A DNA stretch of 32,000 nucleotides, taken from a cyanobacterium endosymbiont of Epithemia turgida isolate EtSB Lake Yunoko. Its GTDB lineage: Bacteria > Cyanobacteriota > Cyanobacteriia > Cyanobacteriales > Microcystaceae. Below are positions 19,563 to 28,728 of this stretch, one piece after another (the first letter of the stretch is position 1; each line of letters starts with the position of its first letter). Position numbers and translations under genes: made by a program. The DNA is taken from positions 1,800,001 through 1,832,000 of the forward strand of contig NZ_AP012549.1 of NCBI RefSeq assembly GCF_000829235.1, written 5' to 3'. The notes beneath the pieces were generated by a model. It searched no databases and was not told the origin of the DNA. It worked only from the letters and a program-made list of their open reading frames with translations.

Positions 19563-20308
19563 TTACTGTCAAAGGGATAGACAATTGCCCATTCTAAATC
19601 ATTAATTGGAGCTGTTAATTTAATTGTTGCTTGAGGAGCCGGACTACTTTCGAGATTTACTGACTCAACCCGCCCAATAGGTAATCCTCCTGGAAAAAGA
19701 CGACTCACTGGAGAAGTTGTAATAGTGTCACCAGGGTGGACCTTAGGAACTTTCTCAAAAAATCGCATCACTACTATTCGAGAGCCTTTCCCTTCTACCA
19801 ACCCCATGGTGCGACTACGACTCACCGTGGCTCCCACCCGACTCGTGGGATCGCTGACTAATAAAACTCGGCTTGTATGGAGAGTAACATTCACCACTCG
19901 ACCGATGATGCCTCCAATACCGGTAACAATAAAACCCACTTCAATCCCATCTCGACTCCCTCGACCTAAAATCACTTGTTTCCACCAATCGTCTGTACTA
20001 CGCCCAATAATGGGAGCGGTAATTACTGATTGAGATTTTGTCTCAAAGTATCCCAGAAGTTTTTGTAGCTGTTGATTTTGTCGTTCTAGTTCAGCCAAAC
20101 GCATTTCCAACTCTTGAATTCGTGCGTTAGTGAGTCGCTCTTGTAGTAACACAGGGGGGGCTGGCTCAAAGGGACGACTAAACCAATAATATAGTTCTAG
20201 TATAGGTGCACCCTGTGTTTGTCGAAAAAACCAACCGGTTCCTAAGGCTATCACTGCCCACGTCAATTTTGAGCCATATCGAGCATACCAACGTCTCACT
20301 GTTAGCAT
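19559..20308 (-). CDS. mreC: Rod shape-determining protein MreC
   Basis: 249-aa ORF. N-terminal TM, coiled-coil (RIQELEMRLAELERQNQQLQKLL), then a beta-rich domain. Located between mreB and mreD. Confidence 0.9.
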   Translation of the reverse strand: MLTVRRWYARYGSKLTWAVIALGTGWFFRQTQGAPILELYYWFSRPFEPAPPVLLQERLTNARIQELEMRLAELERQNQQLQKLLGYFETKSQSVITAPIIGRSTDDWWKQVILGRGSRDGIEVGFIVTGIGGIIGRVVNVTLHTSRVLLVSDPTSRVGATVSRSRTMGLVEGKGSRIVVMRFFEKVPKVHPGDTITTSPVSRLFPGGLPIGRVESVNLESSPAPQATIKLTAPINDLEWAIVYPFDSK

Positions 20309-20347
20309 ATTATTGCTTGCAATTACCTAAAAATAAAAAGTTGTTTA

Positions 20348-21400
20348 TTAAATTAGACGGGAGCTTTCTCTCAAAACTCGATCTAAAATTTTAGGGTTTT
20401 TGAGAACTTCTCCAGTTCCCTTAACAACACAGCGTAGAGGATCTTCAGCTATATGAGTCACAATACCGGTTTCATGGCTTAGAAGAGTATCAAGACCTCT
20501 AAGTAAAGCTCCCCCACCAGCTAACATAATTCCTCGATCAATAATGTCCGCGGCCAATTCTGGGGGAGTCCTTTCTAGAGTACGTTTCACTGCATCGACA
20601 ATAACTGCTAAAGGTTCAGCCATACTTTCTCTAATTTCTTCACCTTTAACCGTTATGGTTCGTGGTAGGCCAGACATCAAATGTAACCCACGAACTTCCA
20701 TAGTGGGTTCATCTTCATGTCGTAGCGGATAGGCTGATGCTAAACGAATTTTAATGTCTTCGGCAGTACGTTCCCCTATCACGAGATTATGAACTTTTTT
20801 CATATAGTTGATGATAGACTCGGTGAGTTCATCTCCTGCCACCCTAACAGATTCACTAAGCACCCGTCCTTGTAAACTTAAAACCGCTACTTCTGTAGTT
20901 CCTCCACCAATGTCGACAATCATATTGCCCGTAGCTTCGGTAACAGGTAAACCAGCGCCAAGGGCAGCGGCAATAGGTTCTTCTATTAACCCCACATCTC
21001 TAGCTCCAGCCTCTCTAGCGGCATCAATTACTGCGCGACGCTCCACCTCAGTAATGCCACTGGGAATTCCAATCACCATTCTTGGATTTCCTAAGCGATT
21101 CCCCTCGTGGGCGCGATTAATAAATTCTTTGAGCATAATCATAGCACTTAAAAAGTCAGCTATCACACCGTCGCGCAGGGGACGCACAGCTATTACATTT
21201 CCTGGGGTACGACCTAGCATCTTTTTGGCTTCTTCCCCAACTGCCAAAGGAACTTTTCGATCTTGATCAATAGCAACTACTGATGGCTCTTCAAGCACCA
21301 CCCCTTTACCAGAAACATAGATAAGGGTATTGGCAGTTCCTAAATCTATACCCATATCTCTTGATAGAGAAAAACGACTAAAAAAACCAATTTTTTGCAT
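20348..21400 (-). CDS. mreB: Rod shape-determining actin homologue MreB
   Basis: 350-aa ORF. Actin-fold phosphate motifs GIDLGTANT and VDIGGGTTEVAV. Confidence 0.97.
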   Translation of the reverse strand: MQKIGFFSRFSLSRDMGIDLGTANTLIYVSGKGVVLEEPSVVAIDQDRKVPLAVGEEAKKMLGRTPGNVIAVRPLRDGVIADFLSAMIMLKEFINRAHEGNRLGNPRMVIGIPSGITEVERRAVIDAAREAGARDVGLIEEPIAAALGAGLPVTEATGNMIVDIGGGTTEVAVLSLQGRVLSESVRVAGDELTESIINYMKKVHNLVIGERTAEDIKIRLASAYPLRHEDEPTMEVRGLHLMSGLPRTITVKGEEIRESMAEPLAVIVDAVKRTLERTPPELAADIIDRGIMLAGGGALLRGLDTLLSHETGIVTHIAEDPLRCVVKGTGEVLKNPKILDRVLRESSRLI

Positions 21401-21766
21401 TTTGGGTTACACTTCCTATATTATGATGACTGGCTGACTAATTTGAAATGACTCCAGAGTTAAGGATATCAATGAAATCGTAATTACGTTTCTCAATGGT
21501 AAGTCTAGCTGAATTAATAAATTTATAGTGATAAACACTCAAATTGTAAGCATAATTTATCGGTCTTGACCCTTGCTTATTAATGACCTTATGAATTCGT
21601 TCCCTAATTGTTGATTGTTTATAAATCAGTAAATTTTACTCTCAACTTTTTACAAAATGGTAAATGATCATCAGTTTGAATTTAGATTAATTAAAGTCAT
21701 AAAGATAATTTTCCTCTACAATGAAAGTATTTTCTCACTAAATTATTGGTTAAAGTTAACAGATAA

Positions 21767-22135
21767 ATGGGATTAAACGTTATTAATTTAGTAGGTCGTG
21801 CAGGCGCTGATCCACAAGTCAGGTATTTTGACTCAGGAAAAGTTTTATGTGAGCTTTCTTTAGCAGTTGGTCGTCGCAGTAGTAAGACTGATCCGCCAGA
21901 CTGGTTTAAACTTAAAATTTGGAACAAAACAGCCGAAATAGCCGCCAACTTCGTAAGAAAAGGAGGATTGATTGGCATTCAAGGAGAGTTAGTCATTGAA
22001 ACCTGGACTGATCGCAATACTGGAGCGAATCGTTCTAGTCCAGTAATTGTGGTGGATAAGCTAGAATTATTAGGGTCCAAGCGGGATAATGATTCAGGAT
22101 CAATTAATAGTTATCAAGAAGCTGATGAGTTTTAA
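21767..22135 (+). CDS. ssb: Single-stranded DNA-binding protein (short form)
   Basis: 122-aa ORF. OB-fold N-terminus NVINLVGRAGADPQVRYF, acidic C-terminal tip EADEF. Confidence 0.9.
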   Translation: MGLNVINLVGRAGADPQVRYFDSGKVLCELSLAVGRRSSKTDPPDWFKLKIWNKTAEIAANFVRKGGLIGIQGELVIETWTDRNTGANRSSPVIVVDKLELLGSKRDNDSGSINSYQEADEF

Positions 22136-22308
22136 GCAATTGAGTTAACAATGCCTTCTCTTTAGAAACAATAGCGATCAACTCAGTCACTTGTGATCGC
22201 TCCCCATATTTCTCCGTCTTTTCACTAATAGAACCACCTAAAATTCGTATTATCTCCTCTGAACGCCCCTTACCTTTGTGACCTTACCTAAGAAAAGGGA
22301 TAACATCT

Positions 22309-23487
22309 ATGAAATATGCCCTAGTTCATGAATGGTTGACCCCCAAAGCAACAGGGGGGTCAGAGTTGGTTGTTGAAGAAATTTTACAGCATATTAAAGC
22401 GGATCTGTACGCCCTAATTGATTTTGAATCTACTAACCCACAAAGCTATCTCTACGGACGCTCAATAGAGTCTACTTTTCTACAACATTTTCCCCTAGCG
22501 CGTAATGGGGTTCAAAAATATCTACCCTTGTTGCCAATTGCCATAGAACAGTTTGATCTACGGAACTATGATGTTGTTTTGTCATCGTCCCATGCGGTGG
22601 CTAAAGGAATTCTAACCAGTCCTAATCAACTTCATATTTGTTACTGTCATACTCCAATGCGCTATGCCTGGGACTTAACCTTTGATTATTTGCAAAATTC
22701 TCCTGCCGGAAAAGGAATTGTCGGTCTTATGACCCGCTATCTTTTACATCGTCTGCGTCAATGGGATGTGGCCAGTGCTAATCGAGTTGATTACTTTATT
22801 GCTAATTCTCATCACACGGCACGTCGAATCTGGCGTTGTTATCGTCGTCAAGCAAAAGTGATTTATCCTCCTGTAAACCTTGAACGGTTCGATTTTACTC
22901 TTCACAAAGAAGATTTTTATCTGAGCGTTTCCCGATTGGTAAGTTATAAAAAGATTTCATTGATAGTGCGGGCATTTAATCAATTGGGTTATCCTTTAGT
23001 TATTATTGGTGACGGTCCTGATCTTCCCTTAATTCGCCGATTGGCTAAGTCCAATATTAAGGTATTAGGGAATCAATCTAATCAGATCGTTGAGCAATAT
23101 ATGGCTAAGGCAAAAGCCTTTGTCTATGCTGCTTGTGAAGACTTTGGGATTGCCCTAGTCGAAGCCCAAGCCTGTGGAACCCCAGTTATTGCTTATGGAG
23201 GAGGTGGTGCGCTAGAAACAGTGCTCGATATTCGTCAATATCCCCAAAAGGGAACAGGAATCCTTTTTTCTTCCCAGACTTCAGGAAATCTAGTTAAAGC
23301 TATTGAAACTTTTGAAAAGTTTCAACATCTGATTAAATCGGAAAGCTGTCGTCGACAGGCAGCTAAATTTACTCCGAAAATCTTTGAAATGTCTTATTTA
23401 GCGTTTTTAAAAGATTGTGAGAAGGACTTTATCCAAAAAAGTTCTGAAAAAGTTCCTGATTTTTATGAGCAGAATTGCCATAATTGA
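22309..23487 (+). CDS. Glycosyltransferase, family 4 (GT-B fold)
   Basis: 392-aa ORF. C-terminal GT4 region EDFGIALVEAQACGTPVIAYGGGGALE (E-x7-E type). Confidence 0.85.
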   Translation: MKYALVHEWLTPKATGGSELVVEEILQHIKADLYALIDFESTNPQSYLYGRSIESTFLQHFPLARNGVQKYLPLLPIAIEQFDLRNYDVVLSSSHAVAKGILTSPNQLHICYCHTPMRYAWDLTFDYLQNSPAGKGIVGLMTRYLLHRLRQWDVASANRVDYFIANSHHTARRIWRCYRRQAKVIYPPVNLERFDFTLHKEDFYLSVSRLVSYKKISLIVRAFNQLGYPLVIIGDGPDLPLIRRLAKSNIKVLGNQSNQIVEQYMAKAKAFVYAACEDFGIALVEAQACGTPVIAYGGGGALETVLDIRQYPQKGTGILFSSQTSGNLVKAIETFEKFQHLIKSESCRRQAAKFTPKIFEMSYLAFLKDCEKDFIQKSSEKVPDFYEQNCHN

Positions 23488-23520
23488 GGTCGTCTGGCTT
23501 TATGATCGGGAATGTGTGGT

Positions 23521-23540
23521 GTGATGTGATGTGATGTGAA
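23521..23540. repeat. Pentanucleotide tandem repeat (GTGAT)x3 + GTGAA
   Basis: gtgatgtgatgtgatgtgaa, preceded by gtgtggt. It ends inside the AAGGAG Shine-Dalgarno (23539-23544) of the sugar transferase gene. Confidence 0.85.
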
Positions 23541-23548
23541 GGAGTAAG

Positions 23549-24283
23549 ATGACTGCTAACAGCCAATTTATCTCTGTCAAAGCCTTACAAGCTTTGATGA
23601 GACGAGGTTTAACTTCCTCGTTGTCCCAAAGAAGATATCAAAGGTCATGGTCACAGACTTTATTAGATGGAGATGTTGCCAAGCGAGTCTTTGATATTAG
23701 TTTTTCTCTCTTTGTTCTGATTTTATTTTCTCCGCTCTATTTAATTTTAGGGTTATTGATCGCCGTCAGTTCTCCTGGACCCATTTTTTACATCCAGGAG
23801 AGGGCTGGTAAAAATTTTAAGAAGTTCGGTTGTATTAAGTTCCGAACTATGGTTCATAATGCTGATGAGGTTCTAGAGTCGATGATGGCTAACTCCCCTC
23901 AGATGCGGGCTGAGTTTCAAGATAACTTTAAACTTAGAGACGATCCGCGAATTACTTGGATTGGGAAATTTTTGCGTTTAACTAGTTTAGATGAATTTCC
24001 TCAATTCTGGAATGTTCTCAAAGGGAATATGAGTGTCGTCGGTCCGCGACCTTTAGTTCCTGAAGAACTCTGTAAATATGGGAATCGTATTGATAAGGTT
24101 CTCACAATTCGTCCTGGAATTACGGGTTTATGGCAAGTTTCAGGGCGCAACGATATTCCTTATCCTCAACGGGTTCAAATCGATGTCTACTATGTAAACT
24201 ACCGCAATTGGTTAATGGATCTTTGGGTGATGGTTAAAACCATTGAGGTTGTCGTTTTCCCTAGGAATAACGGAGCTTACTAA
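23549..24283 (+). CDS. Polyprenyl-phosphate sugar-phosphate transferase (bacterial sugar transferase family, WbaP/PglC-like)
   Basis: 244-aa ORF. One N-terminal TM, then the family signature region DEFPQFWNVLKGNMSVVGPRP ... PGITGLWQVSGRN. Confidence 0.9.
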   Translation: MTANSQFISVKALQALMRRGLTSSLSQRRYQRSWSQTLLDGDVAKRVFDISFSLFVLILFSPLYLILGLLIAVSSPGPIFYIQERAGKNFKKFGCIKFRTMVHNADEVLESMMANSPQMRAEFQDNFKLRDDPRITWIGKFLRLTSLDEFPQFWNVLKGNMSVVGPRPLVPEELCKYGNRIDKVLTIRPGITGLWQVSGRNDIPYPQRVQIDVYYVNYRNWLMDLWVMVKTIEVVVFPRNNGAY

Positions 24284-24345
24284 ATTAATTGGGTTGTTAT
24301 TTAATAATAATAAAATTTCTCAATTAAATATTTTATTAGATCAGA

Positions 24346-24385
24346 AACTTCCTTTAACCATAAAAGTTAAGGGGAGTTTTTTTAA
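24346..24385 (+). terminator. Intrinsic terminator of the GT4/sugar transferase unit
   Basis: 13-bp stem aacttcctttaac / gttaaggggagtt with a 7-nt loop, followed by a run of T. Its two non-Watson-Crick pairs are G-U only on the + strand. Confidence 0.7.
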
Positions 24386-25021
24386 AAAAACTAGAAACAA
24401 AGTTAGAATTTAATTCAATTTTTAGTCCTCTATTATCTATCTCAATTACCGATTATGTCTGACAAAATTTTTTTGTTTAGTGTAAATTTTTGTTGACTGT
24501 TTTGCCAATATATAAAACCATAGACGAGATCGGATTATGAATTCTCTATCTTGGAGACGTAGCGGCGAATATAGCTTGTCCTTTTGATTTTGTTATAAGA
24601 ACATTAGGAGCAACCTATCTATCTAGCTGAAAGCCTATATAAAGCATTAAGATTAGCTGAAATTAGACCAATTAACAAATTAACAAATTAAGATATTGTT
24701 GATATCGACTCGCAACCCGTTTTCTAGCTCAATTTAAGGAGGACAATGTTTCTGATAAAAGACCTATTACAGTAGGCTTATTGATTTCATTCCATTAAAA
24801 GTTCAGATAAAGATATTTAATAGCTATGTAGTACAGATAATTTCAAGTTAATTGCTTAACAATTGCCCCAAGTATCAGGAATATCAGTCACAGCAGAGAG
24901 CAAAAACTGTAAATATTATTTGAGAGAAGCTCGTAGATGAAGTAGATACTTTTGGAGTGAATGTAAACCAGAGCAGGGGATAATTTTGTTGCTGGGTTGA
25001 TTCGTCAATTTTGTTCAAAAG

Positions 25022-25029
25022 GCGATCGC
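25022..25029. repeat. HIP1 octamer GCGATCGC
   Basis: Exact GCGATCGC. This is the only full copy I found in the window. Partial copies lie at about 13117 and 22195. Confidence 0.9.
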
Positions 25030-25221
25030 TTATATTAATTCTATCAGCACATTAATCACCACTTAACCTGGAGCGAGCAACAAGTTGCTGAGACAGTTGA
25101 GCTTCTAAGGCTTTACAGAGCAGATTATATTTTAATTGTATCTTATCTTAGACTTAAGTATCTTAATCAAGGGAAGTTTTAAGCAGAAAAATCACCTAAT
25201 TTCTCTTATCAACTAAATCTA

Positions 25222-25707
25222 GTGATTGCAATTTATCCTGGCAGCTTTGATCCCATTACCCTCGGTCATCTTGACATTATTGAACGGGGGGGAAAGTTGT
25301 TTGAGCAAATTATTGTTGCTGTGTTATGCAACCCTAATAAACATTCGTTATTTTCCGTAGAAAAGCGCGTTGGACAAATTCGTGAATGCACCCAACATTT
25401 AACTAATGTTAAAGTTGATAGTTTTACTGGACTCACAGTAGACTATGCTAGATTACGTAGCGCTGGGGTTTTGTTAAGAGGGTTAAGAGTTTTATCAGAT
25501 TTTGAGAAAGAACTCCAAATGGCCCACACCAATAAAACACTTTCTGAAGAAATAGAAACCGTTTTCTTAGCGACAACCACTGAATATAGTTTCTTAAGCA
25601 GTAGTAATGTTAAAGAAATTGCACAATTTGGCGGATCTATCTCCCATTTAGTTCCTGAAAATGTAGCTAGAGACATTTATCGACACTATCGTGAAAGTCA
25701 ATCATAA
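25222..25707 (+). CDS. coaD: Phosphopantetheine adenylyltransferase
   Basis: 161-aa ORF (GTG start). Nucleotidyltransferase motif [16 protein letters not shown]. Typical length. Confidence 0.95.
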   Translation: MIAIYPGSFDPITLGHLDIIERGGKLFEQIIVAVLCNPNKHSLFSVEKRVGQIRECTQHLTNVKVDSFTGLTVDYARLRSAGVLLRGLRVLSDFEKELQMAHTNKTLSEEIETVFLATTTEYSFLSSSNVKEIAQFGGSISHLVPENVARDIYRHYRESQS

Positions 25708-25742
25708 CTTATACTTTTTGAGAGTCTATTAACCTAATTTCT

Positions 25743-26441
25743 ATGCTACGCCGAAATCCATCATCTAGTAATGAAACGGTCAAACATCAAAATAAGGCTA
25801 TGATCAATCGCCGAGAAGTTGATTTTGATATTCAACGAGAACTTGCTCACCTTCAGGAAATGATTTACCAAAGTTTTCATATTCCTTTAACACGATGGAC
25901 AATAATTGACGAAGCAAAATTAATTGATCAACTCGATTTCATTGGAGATAAGCTTCCTGAGTCAATTCGCCAAGCTTTAATGGTTCTTGATCAAGAAGAG
26001 CAACTCCTAACAGAAGCAGAAGCTTATGCACAACAAGTTATTCAATCAGCTAAGCAACAAGCAGCGCAAATCTTGGATGAGACACGAATCATTCAACAAG
26101 CCCAACAAGAAGCTAATCAACTACGGCAACAGGTTCAGCAAGACTGTGAGACAATACAAAAACAAACTGTAGCAGAAATGGAACAGTTACGCCAATTGAC
26201 AACAGCGGAAATACAAAAATTGCGTCAGCAAAGTTTTGCAGAATCTCAAAAACTTCAAGAGGATGCCGATAATTATACTGATGGGGTGTTGACACAGCTA
26301 GAACAAGAACTTAATAGTATACTTAATGTTATTCGTAATGGTCGCCAACAACTACATACAAATTCATCAATACGCTCCTCATCTTATTCACCTAAAAATC
26401 CTTCACTGAATAGAAATCCAACTTCTGGAAAGCAAAGATAA
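25743..26441 (+). CDS. Gln-rich coiled-coil protein (DivIVA/Cdv3-like or ATP-synthase-b-like fold, uncertain)
   Basis: 232-aa ORF. The central ~110 aa are heptad-like and Q/E/A-rich (AEAYAQQVIQSAKQQAAQILDETRIIQQAQQEANQLRQQVQQ...). The tail is Ser/Asn-rich. An internal ATG at codon 20 is an alternative start. Confidence 0.6.
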   Translation: MLRRNPSSSNETVKHQNKAMINRREVDFDIQRELAHLQEMIYQSFHIPLTRWTIIDEAKLIDQLDFIGDKLPESIRQALMVLDQEEQLLTEAEAYAQQVIQSAKQQAAQILDETRIIQQAQQEANQLRQQVQQDCETIQKQTVAEMEQLRQLTTAEIQKLRQQSFAESQKLQEDADNYTDGVLTQLEQELNSILNVIRNGRQQLHTNSSIRSSSYSPKNPSLNRNPTSGKQR

Positions 26442-26500
26442 CACGATGAATTTACTTTTACTTTGTAGAAATCATTGTCTATCTTAATTTGATCAGTTAA

Positions 26501-26701
26501 TTTTGGGGTAGAAGTGTAACGGATTTATCAAAACTTAGTCCAGCACAATCATTACAGAAATTAATTAAAGATCGCCAGTAAAAAATACTAGACAACTTAG
26601 TTATTCCTTGTTTATAAGAATTAGGAGAGGCGTTTGAAAAAATAAGCGAGGGCTTAACTCAACTAGAACATTTAGGTATTCAAGTTATTACTACAGAATA
26701 A
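26501..26701 (+). pseudogene. Possible gene relic (C-terminal fragments in two frames)
   Basis: An open frame from 26501 reads FWGRSVTDLSKLSPAQSLQKLIKDRQ* (stop 26579-26581). A second frame at 26618-26701 reads ELGEAFEKISEGLTQLEHLGIQVITTE*. Protein-like composition, no start, no recognised family. Confidence 0.3.
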
Positions 26702-26769
26702 AATTATGCATCCTATTAACTCAAAAACACAGACTTTATTAAGATCTAGAATGATTGAGCGAAACTTTT

Positions 26770-26843
26770 GTAAAGCATTAATTCAAATTAAAATCGTCGT
26801 TAACTCCAAAAAGAAACCTCAAAAAACTGAATTAATGCTTTAC
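26770..26843. repeat. Perfect 16-bp inverted repeat with 42-nt spacer
   Basis: gtaaagcattaattca (26770-26785) and tgaattaatgctttac (26828-26843) are exact reverse complements. Confidence 0.85.
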
Positions 26844-27753
26844 ATCCTCTAGGAAAAGCTTCTTATCGATGTTACTAAAAAAATATCGGTATCAACCTAT
26901 CATAATTAACCAAATCATCCGATTTGTCGATTAGATTTAGCTTATTAGCTTATAAAAATAACCTCATTATTTTTAATACTTATATTTCAATGATTGCACG
27001 GTAAGAATTAGCTCACATATTATTGAAGTTAAATAGATAGTTATTACCACTAATAGCTAGGGTACCTATGTCTTTAACTAAATTAGTTAGATGTAATTAG
27101 TTATATATACGTAAAAAGTCTTAATTCTAAATAAAAATTACTCAAGTAAATACTTCCAATAAAAAAAACAATATCTTAATTTTTATTATCAATATTGCTT
27201 ATATAAACTTAAATTCAAAGATATCATTGTTAAAATTTTTGAGTCAAAATAATTAAACATACTTGTTACTATCTATAGTTTCTTAGTTAACTTTTTCTAA
27301 AATTTATGATTTTAGAGAAAATTCATAAAATAGAATTAAAATATTATAAGTAATTGTTGACTTTGCTTAAAACAGTAATTTTCTATATATAAATAGCACA
27401 AGAAAGATAGGTTTTTATATAAATAAGTTACTTTAGAAAATTATTAGATTTTAATTTTTATGTAAATTTTAATAAATAGAACTAAAATTTTATTTTTTAT
27501 TATTGATATAATGGATAAAAAATATTTATTTATTTTAAAAATAGGGGACTTGTAATCAATGCTTATTTTTAAATACCATTAAAAACATTTTTTTATCTTC
27601 TATGATAAATATCTCAAGAAGGCTCTCAGCTAGGTTTAAATTGTTTACTGATCACTGTTTAAGCCGCTTATAAATTTAAGAATCAGACTTTTTTACCATA
27701 AACTAGTTGAAGATCTTATCTTAATTAAGATATTTTTTTAGGAGTGTCCATTG

Positions 27754-28201
27754 TCATTTTCCAGAAACAACCAAGAGACAATTGAATAAACTTAAGTCAT
27801 CAAAATTTATAATAGACTCTTCGAGATCATGACTAACTACTAAGATAGTTTCTTCGGTTACAATTAATTATCAAAAGATACTAGATAAACTATTCCCTGA
27901 TTTACCGAAATTAATCCTGATATCGCTTTTTTTAGGTAACTTTTTTCGCTCTATTGGAGCCAATTACTCCTGTTAACTTTTCTTGTTTAACCTTGACCTT
28001 GAATGTAATATCTAATAGTTCCTCCCTCCCCTGTGGGGTAATATCCCTCTAAATTGTTAACTGTGATTCCGTAATTTTTTATTGATTTTATCTTTAATTT
28101 TTATACAATAAATTGTTTCCTATATAACTAAAAAATGAGACGATCATGATAATCTCTTCTTAAAGAGATTATCGAAATGATAAATCATTGACAAAGGCCA
28201 T
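27754..28201 (-). pseudogene. Decayed ABC-transporter ATP-binding protein gene
   Basis: Minus-strand fragments in three frames with stops. (1) MAFVNDLSFR*SL*EEIIMIVSFFSYIGNNLL lines up with the AL.DVSF..GE..AIVG-Walker A-LL region, with Walker A destroyed. (2) KKAISGLISVNQGIVYLVSFDN lines up with RVAIARAL..NP.ILLLDEP. (3) TILVVSHDLEESIINFDDLSLFNCLLVVSGK* is a clean H-loop and C-terminus. Frame changes fall at A-runs. About 50 aa appear to be deleted. Confidence 0.45.
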
Positions 28202-28336
28202 TGACTTAGGGAACTATTTTAAGATCGAAAATTAATGACTATTAGCCGTCTGATTCTCAAGGAACAGTAGATACTACCTTTAAGTTATTATCTATCAGTT
28301 CAGTTATCGAAGATTTTGGGGGTTAATCATGAGTAA

Positions 28337-28728
28337 ATTTTTGAACCGGAAGCTGAGCTTCATATTTATAAACTTGTTCCTGTTAATGGCGTAGCCTTAG
28401 AAGAAGTAGATTTAATTGTGTATTGTAATTACAATGATGTCCGACTTAGATTAATTAGATTGATTAAAATTGCAAAAATTACAGGAATTAAAGATAGCGA
28501 AAACCTGATCTCCATGTGTAGGGAGATAATAAAAATGCGATTAAAACGGTAGAAGTAGTTCGAGATGAATTAGTAGAATCTTCTCCCGAAGATGAAAGAA
28601 TTTTCCGACAAAAAATCGCAATATTGACGGTAAATCTAATATGGTTGAATATATTGGTGAATTGTAACAGTTTTAGCTTGATAATAAAAGTTAATCACTA
28701 CCCATTGTGCGTTTTAAGTTTACGCTAA
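28337..28728 (+). pseudogene. Frameshifted ORF pair (gene relic)
   Basis: Frame 1 is open 28337-28552 (..EPEAELHIYKLVPVNGVALEEVDLIVYCNYNDVRLRLIRLIKIAKITGIKDSENLISMCREIIK..). Frame 2 is open 28522-28728 (..NAIKTVEVVRDELVESSPEDERIFRQKIAILTVNL..). They overlap at an A5 run (28531-28535). There is no usable start codon. The family is unknown. Confidence 0.35.

Noticed and set aside
19174-20394. ORFs 19174-19440 (-), 19725-20033 (+), 20206-20394 (+)
   Set aside because: They are alternative or antisense frames of mreD and mreC, or span the mreC-mreB junction. No support beyond their length.
20544-21266. ORFs 20544-20732 (+) and 20808-21266 (+)
   Set aside because: Antisense to mreB, with Ser/Pro/Thr/Ala-rich shadow frames.
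21697-21978. 93-aa ORF on the minus strand across the ssb start
   Set aside because: Antisense to ssb, which has a clear OB-fold signature.
24735-24775. Strong SD-like TAAGGAGG followed by a 9-codon mini-ORF (MFLIKDLLQ)
   Set aside because: The spacing between GGAGG and the ATG is only 3 nt. The peptide is tiny and featureless, with nothing downstream that it could regulate.
25443-26295. ORFs 25443-25676 (-) and 26113-26295 (-)
   Set aside because: Antisense to coaD and to the coiled-coil gene.
27100-27560. AT-rich repetitive-looking core considered as a CRISPR array or tandem repeat
   Set aside because: There is no regularly spaced exact repeat of 24-40 nt and no cas genes. The similarity between segments is only compositional.
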